Positions 10,216 through 19,674 of a DNA stretch of 64,000 nucleotides are shown piece after piece. The DNA is taken from the NCBI GenBank assembly GCA_045636325.1, contig JAZTXH010000011.1, positions 9,377 to 73,376 of the forward strand, written 5' to 3'. The stretch is from Clostridia bacterium (lineage in GTDB: Bacteria > Bacillota > Clostridia > UBA1381 > UMGS1253). The first letter of the stretch is position 1. Each line of letters opens with the position of its first letter. The notes under the pieces are model-generated. The model did no database searches and was not told the DNA's origin. It saw only the letters and a list, made by a program, of their open reading frames with translations. The translations under genes were made by a program, and so were the position numbers.

Positions 10216-11436
10216 TTATTTCACAAGTTTTCCTTCAAAAATTCCGTCCCTGTCAAGAATAACGCTGTCATACATACGTATCATTCCTGAAGCAGCCGAG
10301 TTTTCTACAATTGCAACCTCATCGTTACTGTAGAGTACATTTACTTTTCGAAATCTCACCGTACCATTTGAATTAACATAAACACCCGGATCGTTTTCAG
10401 CTGAAAACCTGAGCGCAGTTGCCGGTATCTGTAGCCCTAAATGTTCCTCTTTTATAATTTCCACTTCACTTACTCTATTACAATACGCATTTTTAATTGC
10501 ATCACCGATTTCCAATACACACAAAAATCTTTCATCATCTTCACTGTAGAGCTTTATTATCTTTGCCTCTGCTTCCGAATCAGAGCCGTCTGCAATTCTT
10601 ATTTTTACATTACTCCCTTTACTGAGTCCGTAAACATCAGCTTTATTTATTTGGCAAACAAGAAGCCATTTTGTGTTATTAACTGTTTTACATACCTTAT
10701 TAGATGCATTGTATTGCAAAACCTCGTTGCTCTTTACGTTTTTTGCATTCCTTACACAGTCATTTATCATATCTAAAGTTATAAGGTCATATTCCTTCGC
10801 CTTAAAGGTTTCTTCATATCCATCCGTAAATGGGAAGAATATTCCCGAATTTTTTGCATATATCTTTTCATTTGAAGCAGTTATTGTGCTCTCAATTTCA
10901 TTTCTTCTTTCTTCAAGGCTTGCAACAGTATCATTTATAACACCGCCACTGCCAACGTTCATAACTTCCTCTAAATTAATTGCAGCAACATCTAAAGATG
11001 ATAAATCATATTTCAAAGTAAGGTCTATAATCTGCCCTACTCCTCTTCTTATATCATTTTCCACAGAATTTATGTCTGATGTAAAATTCGCATTGCCGCT
11101 GCTTAATTCATCAAGCATCTCAATTCTTGAATTTATCTCTTCTATTTCCTGTTTTTCGCTGTCTTTAAGAGTTCCCTGATAAACAGTTGCAATATACGAC
11201 CCGGCAGAAACCTTTGTACCGCTTTTAACCCTGCCTATAAGTATACCGCCGTGTCGGGTAGAATAAACATCTTCATCTCTTACATACACAGCAGAAACCT
11301 TTATTTTATCCTCATATTCCATAAGGCGTGCAACATGCGTTGAAACCTCATCATTATTAAAATATCTAAAAAGCCAGATAAATAAAACCAAAACAATCAG
11401 TCCTATAACAATCCAGCGTCTTTTGTATTTTTTCAT
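10216..11436 (-). CDS. HlyD-like membrane-fusion-fold protein (N-terminal TM anchor, coiled-coil middle)
   Basis: 406 aa. N-terminal TM segment WIVIGLIVLVLFIWLF, a central E/S-rich predicted coiled coil and a beta-rich C-terminus. The family name is by eye only. Confidence 0.5.
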   Translation of the reverse strand: MKKYKRRWIVIGLIVLVLFIWLFRYFNNDEVSTHVARLMEYEDKIKVSAVYVRDEDVYSTRHGGILIGRVKSGTKVSAGSYIATVYQGTLKDSEKQEIEEINSRIEMLDELSSGNANFTSDINSVENDIRRGVGQIIDLTLKYDLSSLDVAAINLEEVMNVGSGGVINDTVASLEERRNEIESTITASNEKIYAKNSGIFFPFTDGYEETFKAKEYDLITLDMINDCVRNAKNVKSNEVLQYNASNKVCKTVNNTKWLLVCQINKADVYGLSKGSNVKIRIADGSDSEAEAKIIKLYSEDDERFLCVLEIGDAIKNAYCNRVSEVEIIKEEHLGLQIPATALRFSAENDPGVYVNSNGTVRFRKVNVLYSNDEVAIVENSAASGMIRMYDSVILDRDGIFEGKLVK

Positions 11437-11792
11437 ATCTAACCTCCGGCAAGATAATCTCTTGACTAAAATATCAATCTGTGCTAAACTTATATACCAT
11501 ATATTCTACCACAAACAGACTTGCAAAATCAAGACATATATTATATTTATTTTTAAGGAGATTTGATTTTATGATAAAAAAGCATTTGGTGATAAACACT
11601 CCGCTCCAGATTTTAAAGGCGACCCTCCCTTATGAAAATTAATAAAAATGAATACGAATTTTATAAACAAAGCAAGATTGGAGCTTTTGTATTTGTTTTT
11701 CAGGCAAAAGGTTTCTTTTATAAATACGATAAAGGCGGTATAGATGCACTTTCACCAAAAGCAATGAAAAGATACTATTACAAAGAAATATA

Positions 11793-11981
11793 GAAATTTA
11801 TCATAAGCTTAAAGAACTCTGCGAAAAAGAGAATATTTCTCTTACCGCAGCAATGCTTTCCTGCCTTACATCAAACACTGATTTCAATACAGTTGCAACA
11901 GCAGAGCGGGTTTTAACGAACATACAGGCTTGTGACACTATACTTGATTACAATGAGATATTAAAAACACTTAATTATTAA
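11793..11981 (+). pseudogene. Relic of an aldo/keto-reductase-like gene (C-terminal fragment only)
   Basis: The frame reads EIYHKLKELCEKENISLTAAMLSCLTSNTDFNTVATAERVLTNIQACDTILDYNEILKTLNY*, which resembles AKR C-termini. Upstream (11571-11790) only 23- and 53-codon ORFs remain. No intact ORF of 60 aa or more exists in 11437-12051. Confidence 0.4.
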
Positions 11982-12051
11982 ACTCAATGTCGACGCGCAT
12001 AAATTTTCTTTCAATTTCAAAACAAACATTTTTTGTTTAAAATAAAGATTT

Positions 12052-12765
12052 TTAACTTATCATAAGGTCGTTAATTTCATCTTGTGTAAGCTCTCGCATC
12101 TTACCGCGTTCAAGCGACTTATCAAGTTTTAAATTTCCAATCTGAATCCTCTCTAAGCTTAAAACTTTTTTTCCAACAGCTTCAAACATTCTCTTTACCT
12201 GATGGAATTTTCCTTCATATATCGTAAGGTAAATAAAACTTTCACCGTCATTTACGTTTATAATTTCAAGCTCAGCCGGCAGGCATTTATATCCGCCGTC
12301 AATCTCTATTCCTTGTTTCATTTTATCTACATCCGAAATATTAATCTCACCTTGAATTTTTGCATAATATTTTTTTTGGATATAATGCCTTGGTGATGTA
12401 AGATGATGTGAAAAGTCTCCATCATTCGTAAGAAGCAGAAGCCCTGTTGTATCTATATCGAGTCTTCCCACACAAAACACATCATGCATTTTATATTTAT
12501 CTTCTACCAATTCCGTAACAACCCTGTATCTTTTATCTTCATTTGCACTAATATATCCTTCCGGCTTATTAAGCATAAGATAAATATGTTTCTTATAAAA
12601 AATTTCTTTTTGTTCACAAACAATTTTATCTTCATTTTCGTTTATATGCATTTCCGCCTTTCTTACGGTTTCGCCATTAACTGAAACCTTACCGTCTTTT
12701 AAAAGCCGTTTTACATCCTTTCTGCTCCCTAATCCCATATTGCATAAAAATTTATCAATCCTCAT
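12052..12765 (-). CDS. rRNA pseudouridine synthase, RsuA/RluB family
   Basis: 237 aa. N-terminal S4 domain (MRIDKFLCNMGLGSRKDVKRLLKDGKVSVNG) and catalytic GRLDIDTTGLLLLTNDG. Confidence 0.9.
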   Translation of the reverse strand: MRIDKFLCNMGLGSRKDVKRLLKDGKVSVNGETVRKAEMHINENEDKIVCEQKEIFYKKHIYLMLNKPEGYISANEDKRYRVVTELVEDKYKMHDVFCVGRLDIDTTGLLLLTNDGDFSHHLTSPRHYIQKKYYAKIQGEINISDVDKMKQGIEIDGGYKCLPAELEIINVNDGESFIYLTIYEGKFHQVKRMFEAVGKKVLSLERIQIGNLKLDKSLERGKMRELTQDEINDLMIS

Positions 12766-12880
12766 AATTATCCCTTCTTTAAAACAAGAATTTTACTTAT
12801 CTAATAATATCATATTTATACATACACAATCAAGAGAAACAATCAAAAAAACAATAACACCAAGAGATGAAATCACAAGC

Positions 12881-13069
12881 GACACATATAAGCTTGGCAT
12901 TCCCAAATCTGACGTACACGATTTTTACAGAAATATTTGTGCAGCAATAGACGGAGAAAAAGAGCAACTTATCAAGCCTCGCGAATCGTTTCGTGTGCTT
13001 AAAACAATGAAAGCAGCCTTTGCTTCCGTTGATGCAGGTCCGGTTATTACTTTAGACGAAGGAAACTGA
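12881..13069 (+). pseudogene. Relic of a Gfo/Idh/MocA-type oxidoreductase (C-terminal fragment)
   Basis: The tail of ORF 12740..13069 reads ...DVHDFYRNICAAIDGEKEQLIKPRESFRVLKTMKAAFASVDAGPVITLDEGN*, typical of the C-terminal end of Gfo/Idh/MocA enzymes. The N-terminal ~250 aa, including the Rossmann domain, is absent. Confidence 0.4.
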
Positions 13070-13086
13070 GTTAAGAATAAAAAGTC

Positions 13087-13120
13087 AAACTGCGGATGTA
13101 TTTTTTGTCCCCAGTTTTTT
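13087..13120 (+). terminator. Hairpin + T-run retained behind the oxidoreductase relic
   Basis: aaactgcgg (13087-13095) pairs with ccccagttt (13109-13117) with one mismatch, followed by tttt. Confidence 0.35.
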
Positions 13121-13346
13121 ATTACAGAGCAAATGGGATGTGACATGCACAAGTTCGTTTTTTCTTAGTTTAATATTTTTTTGCTTTTTAAAGACATATT
13201 TTTTGTATAAAATATCACATGCAATTTGTTTTTTTATTTGACACAAAAAATTTTTTTCAAAAAAAACTATACAAATAAAAAAATCTGTGTTAAAATTATT
13301 GTGATGTAATTTTTAAGAATTATAAAAAACAAAGGAGCAAGTGTAA

Positions 13347-14030
13347 ATGAAAAAGATTTATGAAGGTAAAACAAAAGACGTTTATTCTCTTGACAACGGA
13401 AATGTAATGCTTAAGTTCAAAGACGACTGCACAGGTAAAGATGGTATATTTGATCCCGGCGAAAACAGTGTAGGTCTTACAATAGAAGGTATTGGCAGAG
13501 CTAACCTTGAAACTTCAATTCATTATTTCGAGCTTTTAAAGAAAGCCGGAATTAAAACTCATTATGTAGGTGCTAATGTTGAGGATGCAACTATGGAAGT
13601 TCTACCCGGTAAGGTATTCGGTCATGGTCTTGAAGTTATCTGCCGTTTAGTTGCAACAGGAAGCTTTATCCGCAGATACGGTGAGTACATCGAAGATGGC
13701 ACAGTGCTCGAAGGCGGATATGTCGAATGCACATTTAAAAATGACGAAAAGGGCGATCCTCTTGTAACAGGTGAAGGTCTTGCCGCTTTGGGCGTTATGA
13801 CACCTGCTATGTTTGAAAGCATGAAAGAGCAGACTCTAAAAATCACAAAAATCGTTGCTGATGATTTAAAATCAATAGGTCTTGATTTGTGGGATATTAA
13901 GTTTGAGTTTGGTTATAACAATGACGAAGTTATTCTTATTGACGAAATCGCTTCAGGTAATATGAGAGTTTATAAAGATGGTAAGATTGTTGACCCTGTT
14001 GAACTTACAAAGCTTATCTTAAACAGATAA
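13347..14030 (+). CDS. purC: Phosphoribosylaminoimidazole-succinocarboxamide (SAICAR) synthase
   Basis: 227 aa. N-terminal [10 protein letters not shown] signature, with AAAGGAG RBS upstream. Confidence 0.9.
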   Translation: MKKIYEGKTKDVYSLDNGNVMLKFKDDCTGKDGIFDPGENSVGLTIEGIGRANLETSIHYFELLKKAGIKTHYVGANVEDATMEVLPGKVFGHGLEVICRLVATGSFIRRYGEYIEDGTVLEGGYVECTFKNDEKGDPLVTGEGLAALGVMTPAMFESMKEQTLKITKIVADDLKSIGLDLWDIKFEFGYNNDEVILIDEIASGNMRVYKDGKIVDPVELTKLILNR

Positions 14031-14049
14031 TAAAATAAACTGTAAAAAA

Positions 14050-14083
14050 GGCAATCAGTTTTTTGAAGCTGACTGCCTTTTTT
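14050..14083 (+). terminator. purC rho-independent terminator
   Basis: ggcaatcag (14050-14058) / ctgactgcc (14069-14077), followed by tttttt. Confidence 0.7.
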
Positions 14084-14277
14084 ACAGTTATTTTCGACTG
14101 TTCTAATTACGAATTTAATGTTTAAATCTTCATAAAGTATTATATGTCCACAGATGATAAAGCATCATAACTCTTTTACCACAGCAAGTCACATCTGCTG
14201 ACGAAACTGTTGTTTAATCATATCTCTTACCTCAAATAAATTATATCATCTGCTTATTATAGCTCTAAATGTTTATA

Positions 14278-15705
14278 TTATATTTTTCTTTTTATTTTCG
14301 CTTTAGTATTTAAATAGGACATCCTGAAAAACGAAAGTCTTTTATTTGTGTAGAGTTTTTGAATACTGTCATAAAAATTAAAAGGTGCAAAAGGTGCCAT
14401 ATATGGTGTTTTAAGGCTTGTATCATCTATTATTGAAATAAGCATTAAAAATCCTGCACACACAAGACCCGGAATGCCGAATATCCAAGATGTAAGCATA
14501 AAGAGAATCTTTATTATTCTGAAAGAATTAGCCATCGACACATCTGCCATAACAAATGAGCTTAAAAGAGAAAGCGAAACTATAATTAAAATTACCGGCG
14601 AAAATATTTTTGCCTCCACAATTGCAGAGCCAACCACAATACCTCCCACGATACCGATAGATGAGCCTATGCTTTTTGGAGCACGCATAAGTGCTTCTCG
14701 CAGAATTTCAACAAACGCTTCCATAATAAATGCTTCTGCAACCACATTAAACACAACTCCCGCCCTACCCGATGCAAGCACTATTGCATACGAGGTTTTA
14801 ATTGCTTCACCATGATGCAGCATAGTTGCAATATAAAAAGGAGTTATAAATAGCGATATGATTATTGCACTTATTCTTATAAGTCGTGAAAACAAAGTAA
14901 AATATATATTTTCATATTCTTCTTCGCCTGAGAAAATAAATTCAGAAAACACTTTAGGTAATACAAGAGCTATACCGCTGCCTTCGCAAAGCACTATTAT
15001 TTTTCCGTCAAGCATTGCACTGCAGGCAACATCGGAGCGTTGCTCCATTCCCGCCTGTGGAAACACCGAATACGGTTTATCATTTAAAAACCATAACAGC
15101 TTTCCTGCTTCATTTATTCCGTCTATATCTATTTTTGAAAGCCTTTCCTTTATAAGCCTGACATATTTGTCGTCTGCAATATCTTTTATATATCCTATAA
15201 GCACACCGGTTTTTGTTCTTCTGCCAATCTGCATCGTGTCAAGCTTTAAATTCTTATCCTTTACACGGTATCTTATTAAAGAAAGGTTAGAATCTATATT
15301 TTCAGTAAAGGAATCCTTTGCTCCAAGAATTGAGTAATTTATATCCGCTTCCGAAGGAGATGTTCGTATAACAGCTTTAAGATTGATTATAATCGGTGCA
15401 ATGCCCTCTGCCAACAAAGCGCACATCCCGTTTAAAACTTCATTTACTATTTTGTCTTCATTTTCCGATATTCTAAGGTCTTCACAAGTAAGAATACCAT
15501 ATGCAATATGCTGTGAGCTTTTGATTTTTTCTTCTCCGTTCAAAAATTTTAACATTGGCTTTATTACAGTTCTTGCAAGCATATCCGTATTTGTGAGCTG
15601 TTTTACATATAAAATATATACCTCGCCTTTTTTTCCTTCAATTTTTCTTAAAATAAGATTATGGTTTTTTGACCATTTGGTGACCTTTTCTTCTACATTA
15701 TACAT
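14278..15705 (-). CDS. Spore germination protein, GerA-family A subunit
   Basis: 475 aa. Soluble N-terminal half followed by a C-terminal multi-TM region, the typical GerAA/GerKA layout. Adjacent to C and B subunit genes. Confidence 0.8.
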   Translation of the reverse strand: MYNVEEKVTKWSKNHNLILRKIEGKKGEVYILYVKQLTNTDMLARTVIKPMLKFLNGEEKIKSSQHIAYGILTCEDLRISENEDKIVNEVLNGMCALLAEGIAPIIINLKAVIRTSPSEADINYSILGAKDSFTENIDSNLSLIRYRVKDKNLKLDTMQIGRRTKTGVLIGYIKDIADDKYVRLIKERLSKIDIDGINEAGKLLWFLNDKPYSVFPQAGMEQRSDVACSAMLDGKIIVLCEGSGIALVLPKVFSEFIFSGEEEYENIYFTLFSRLIRISAIIISLFITPFYIATMLHHGEAIKTSYAIVLASGRAGVVFNVVAEAFIMEAFVEILREALMRAPKSIGSSIGIVGGIVVGSAIVEAKIFSPVILIIVSLSLLSSFVMADVSMANSFRIIKILFMLTSWIFGIPGLVCAGFLMLISIIDDTSLKTPYMAPFAPFNFYDSIQKLYTNKRLSFFRMSYLNTKAKIKRKI

Positions 15706-15725
15706 TTTTAATTCTTCCTTTCAGC

Positions 15726-16751
15726 TTATTTTTGCTTTATATCCACCCAAAGATTAAGCTTTGCATTTTTTATAAGTTCAGAATAGTTTTGATTTTCAAA
15801 TTCAAATCTGTAGTCCTTTTGAAATATTCGATACAACTTTAAAAAATCACATCCCTCATCTTTGCAATACTTGAATGCCGCTTCTGCACTTTGTCTTATA
15901 TTTTTTTCTGCCTTTTGTTTTATATCCTCTGTCATATCCGCACTACAGACAAAATCAAAGGTAACATCAAAACTTAAATTTTCTCCGTCAAAATAAGCTT
16001 CTTTTCGTTCAGCAGTTTTATATATACTGTATTTGTCAGAATTAAAATAAAAATCAAGTGATGCCTTTTCATTAAGAAAAATATTAACCCCTTCTGTTTG
16101 CTCATTCTTTGTAAATCCAACAAGTTTCTCACCGTTAAAAATACCATATCCATCAAAACGCATAATATCATCAGAAATATCAACCGTGGCAACTGCAAGA
16201 CCTGTTTTGCCAACAGCCTGCATTTCAAAAACATCCGAAAATTCACAATATGTTATTCTGCCTTCTTCTCCTAATGCCTTTAGAAGGCTTTCAGCAGCAA
16301 ATCCTCCTGTAAAATCATTTATTGCATTGTGTGTTATAACTTTTTTCGGCTCTTTTTTGGTTATAAAGAACATGCTTTCGCTTCTTAATTTGTAGTCTGA
16401 TTTTAAACTTTGTGCAAGCTTATAAATTCCGTTTTCAGCAAATTTGTCCGACACAACAACTGCTCTTATTCCGCCATAAAACAGCGGATGGTCTGCACTT
16501 TTTTTAAGATTATCTTCTGCTTCGGCCAGACTTTTACCTTCAGCAAAAATCAAACTCACTGGCTTATCTGCCATAGAATCCGAAAGAGTTCTTACATTAG
16601 CTACCCCGCCGCCCAGTATTATTTTACCATCCTTTTCATCGGCAAAATAGGTTGTAAGAATATCCATATTTTCTATCTGATAATCACTGCAGCCACTAAG
16701 CAATAACACACACAAAACTACAAACAGACACACCGCTGATTTTACTTTCAT
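15726..16751 (-). CDS. Spore germination lipoprotein, Ger(x)C family
   Basis: 341 aa. Signal peptide ending in the lipobox LLSGC. Size and position match GerAC-type subunits. Confidence 0.75.
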   Translation of the reverse strand: MKVKSAVCLFVVLCVLLLSGCSDYQIENMDILTTYFADEKDGKIILGGGVANVRTLSDSMADKPVSLIFAEGKSLAEAEDNLKKSADHPLFYGGIRAVVVSDKFAENGIYKLAQSLKSDYKLRSESMFFITKKEPKKVITHNAINDFTGGFAAESLLKALGEEGRITYCEFSDVFEMQAVGKTGLAVATVDISDDIMRFDGYGIFNGEKLVGFTKNEQTEGVNIFLNEKASLDFYFNSDKYSIYKTAERKEAYFDGENLSFDVTFDFVCSADMTEDIKQKAEKNIRQSAEAAFKYCKDEGCDFLKLYRIFQKDYRFEFENQNYSELIKNAKLNLWVDIKQK

Positions 16752-16764
16752 TATATACCTCCTT

Positions 16765-17805
16765 TTAAGCGCTTTTATTTTTTTCTTTTAAATATCTTAA
16801 AAGATAACTTCCCGCAAGAAAATAAAGCAGCCCTCCTGCGCCAATGCTTAAAAACCATATAATTGTATCGGTTAAATTTTTTATGTTTGATAAAACTCTT
16901 GAAATAAAAAACACACCCGCGCTGCAAATAAAATACAACCACGATCTGTCTGAGTCATTTTTACTTAAAACAGCTTTTATTCCGCATCCGGCAGATATAA
17001 AGGCCGAAATCATAAATGCAACCCACGCAATAAAATATAAAATATCTCCTCTTCCAAGCAAATCACTTTTTCGCATAGCAAGCACTGCAGCGTCAAAACA
17101 CATAGCAGTCTGTTCTGCTCCCAGCAAAACTATGCACGAATAAATTATAAGAAAATATGCACATCCGCTCAACAAAAACCCTGCCAGCCATGAGACGGTA
17201 TTGCCCTTTTGGGAAAAAATGAGCGTACACAGGCTTGAAACAGACAGTATCCCAAAAATTGCAAGAGCGGGATAAATAATATTTCCATTAAGTCGTTCTA
17301 TTTCAAACAACGGAAAAATTTTTACTGTTTCCCCTCCAAAAACAATCAGACTTCTTATTAAAACAATTCCCGTAACAAAAAACAGTCCTGAAACTGTTAC
17401 TGCATAAAAAATTGCCCGTTTCTGCTTAAACAGTGTTATAAGCAAAATAATACATAATCCCGCGGTAATAAAAATTTCACTTGTATCGGGCAAAATCCAC
17501 ATATTTATTACAGATGTAAAATGTGCACACAAAAAGGAACAGGCTAAAAATAAAATAGCAGAATATATAAATTTGAAAACTTTTTTTGATGCTCTATTTT
17601 TTGTTATGTTTATCTCCTCATTAAATTGTCCTCGAGTAGCACATATCGTAAACACTGGCAAAGCAGCAAAAACACTCCCCAACACCACCGGAATCCATGC
17701 CGATGTTGACGCACCTTTAACAACTGTGTTTGCAATAAAAAAGCTTCCCGCACCAATACTTACAGTGGTAAAATAAATTATATGTGAAATATTGATTTTT
17801 TTCAT
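16765..17805 (-). CDS. Spore germination protein, GerAB-type permease (APC superfamily)
   Basis: Roughly 10 hydrophobic segments. True start is ATG 17805, preceded by AAAAGGAGGG. The ORF-track extension to 17871 runs into the hydA terminator. Confidence 0.75.
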   Translation of the reverse strand: MKKINISHIIYFTTVSIGAGSFFIANTVVKGASTSAWIPVVLGSVFAALPVFTICATRGQFNEEINITKNRASKKVFKFIYSAILFLACSFLCAHFTSVINMWILPDTSEIFITAGLCIILLITLFKQKRAIFYAVTVSGLFFVTGIVLIRSLIVFGGETVKIFPLFEIERLNGNIIYPALAIFGILSVSSLCTLIFSQKGNTVSWLAGFLLSGCAYFLIIYSCIVLLGAEQTAMCFDAAVLAMRKSDLLGRGDILYFIAWVAFMISAFISAGCGIKAVLSKNDSDRSWLYFICSAGVFFISRVLSNIKNLTDTIIWFLSIGAGGLLYFLAGSYLLRYLKEKNKSA

Positions 17806-17870
17806 TTTTGCCCTCCTTTTAGCCTTATTTTTGCCCTTTCTGCAAAATTTATACAACAGGCGATAACACA

Positions 17871-17914
17871 AAAAACAGCGAAGTAAAGTTTAAAACTATA
17901 CTTCGCTGTTTTTT
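17871..17914 (-). terminator. hydA rho-independent terminator
   Basis: acagcgaagta (17875-17885) / tacttcgctgt (17899-17909), with a T-run on the minus strand. Confidence 0.7.
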
Positions 17915-17928
17915 ATAAAGTATTTATA

Positions 17929-19656
17929 TTAAAATTTTTCTCTTGCTACATAATGTGTGTGAAGTAATTCATGCGCCTTATGAGAGTTAGGCTCACCAAA
18001 GTACTCTTTGTACATTAATTCAACATCAGGATTCTTATGACTCTGACGAACAGGTGCTTTTGCATCTTCTTCATAAAGCGCCTTTGCACGCTCTGCCTTA
18101 AGGTCGATATCCATTTGACATTTAGCAGAAACGATAGGCTGACCACCACCTGTTACACATCCGCCGGGGCAAGCCATAACTTCGATAAAGTGATATGTCT
18201 TTTCTCCTGCTTTAATAGAATCCATAAGCTTTCTTGCATTACCAAGGCCGTGTACTATAGCAACATTTACCATCTGACCGCCAAGCTCAAGAGATGCTTC
18301 TTTAATTCCTTCAACACCTCTTACTGCTTCAAACTCAAGCTTTTCTAAAGACTTGCCGTTTAATATTTCAGCAACTGTACGAAGTGCTGCTTCCATAACA
18401 CCACCGGTTGCACCAAAAATAACACCTGCGCCTGTATCTGTGCCAAAGGGCGAATCAAAAGTTTCATCAGGAAGCTTATCAAAAATTAGACCTGACTGTT
18501 TTATCATTCTTGCAAGCTCACGTGTTGTAATAACAACATCAACATCATTCGCCATTTCTTCACGCTGTGCTTCAAATTTCTTAGCTACACAAGGCATTAC
18601 AGACACAACATAAATCTTTTTAGGGTCAATGTTATTTTTCTCTGCATAGTAAGATTTCAAAACTGCACCAAACATTTCGTGTGGTGACTTGCAGCTCGAA
18701 AGATTCGGTATAAATTCGGGGTAATTGTGTTCACAGAACTTAATCCAACCGGGACTGCATGATGTAATCATAGGAAGTGTGCCACCGTTTTTAATTCTGC
18801 CAAGTAACTCTGTTCCTTCTTCCATAATTGTAAGGTCAGCTGCAGTATTTGTGTCAAACACTTTATCAAATCCCATTCTTCTTAGTGCTGCTGCCATTTT
18901 GCCTGTAACAGGTGTACCAATCGGATAACCGAATTCTTCACCTAAAGCAGCACGAACAGCAGGAGCTGTCTGAACGATAACATGCATGTCAGGATTATTA
19001 AGTGCCGCCCATACATCATCTGTGTTATCCTTTTCACGAAGAGCACCAACGGGACATGCCGCAATACACTGACCGCAGTTTACACATGAAACTTCTTTTA
19101 ATGACTTATCAAATGCACATGCAATCTTTGTATTAAATCCTCTTTCTGTAGCGTCAATTGCGCCAACGGTCTGAATATTTTTACATACACTTACACAACG
19201 TCTGCAAAGAACACACTTGTTATTATCACGAACAATTGAGGGCGAAAGGGCATCTATAGCATATTCTTTTCTTTCGCCTTCAAAAGCGATACCTGTAACA
19301 CCTAAATCATCAGAAAGCTTCTGCAATTCACAGTTCTGATTTCTTATACATGTAAGACACTTGCGGTCATGATTTGATAAAAGAAGCTCAAGTGTAACCT
19401 TTCTTGCATCTCTTACCTTCTGAGTATTTGTTTTAACTTCCAGCCCCTCAGATACCGGATACACACAAGCTGCCTGAAGTGCTCTTGCAGTTGAAACTTC
19501 AACCACACACATACGACAGGAACCTGTCTGACTCACGTTTTTCATATAACAAAGGGTGGGAATATCTATATTAGCCATACGAGCAGCTTCCAAAACAGTA
19601 ATACCTGCAGGAACACTGATTTCTATACCGTTAATTTTAATATTTACGTTTTCCAT
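17929..19656 (-). CDS. hydA: [FeFe] hydrogenase catalytic subunit (HydA, multimeric/bifurcating type)
   Basis: 575 aa. N-terminal 2Fe-2S ferredoxin-like fold, two CxxCxxCxxxCP motifs (e.g. CVNCGQCIAACP) and H-cluster signatures TSCSPGW, MPCVAKKFE and MACPGGCVTGGGQP. Confidence 0.95.
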   Translation of the reverse strand: MENVNIKINGIEISVPAGITVLEAARMANIDIPTLCYMKNVSQTGSCRMCVVEVSTARALQAACVYPVSEGLEVKTNTQKVRDARKVTLELLLSNHDRKCLTCIRNQNCELQKLSDDLGVTGIAFEGERKEYAIDALSPSIVRDNNKCVLCRRCVSVCKNIQTVGAIDATERGFNTKIACAFDKSLKEVSCVNCGQCIAACPVGALREKDNTDDVWAALNNPDMHVIVQTAPAVRAALGEEFGYPIGTPVTGKMAAALRRMGFDKVFDTNTAADLTIMEEGTELLGRIKNGGTLPMITSCSPGWIKFCEHNYPEFIPNLSSCKSPHEMFGAVLKSYYAEKNNIDPKKIYVVSVMPCVAKKFEAQREEMANDVDVVITTRELARMIKQSGLIFDKLPDETFDSPFGTDTGAGVIFGATGGVMEAALRTVAEILNGKSLEKLEFEAVRGVEGIKEASLELGGQMVNVAIVHGLGNARKLMDSIKAGEKTYHFIEVMACPGGCVTGGGQPIVSAKCQMDIDLKAERAKALYEEDAKAPVRQSHKNPDVELMYKEYFGEPNSHKAHELLHTHYVAREKF

Positions 19657-19674
19657 TATACTATCACTCCCCTC

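Noticed and set aside
10673-11179. 168-aa plus-strand ORF; similar cases at 14858-15337, 26609-27064, 47036-47437, 6875-7258 and 941-1138
   Set aside because: All are antisense to genes with clear family motifs. They are hydrophobic or low-complexity, lack Shine-Dalgarno sequences, and none resembles a protein family I recognise. I treat them as frame shadows.
13150-13346. Searched for a purine riboswitch, T-box or PurR box upstream of purC
   Set aside because: No conserved riboswitch core or three-way-junction pairing could be found by eye. The region is mostly A/T runs. An Rfam scan would be the decisive test.
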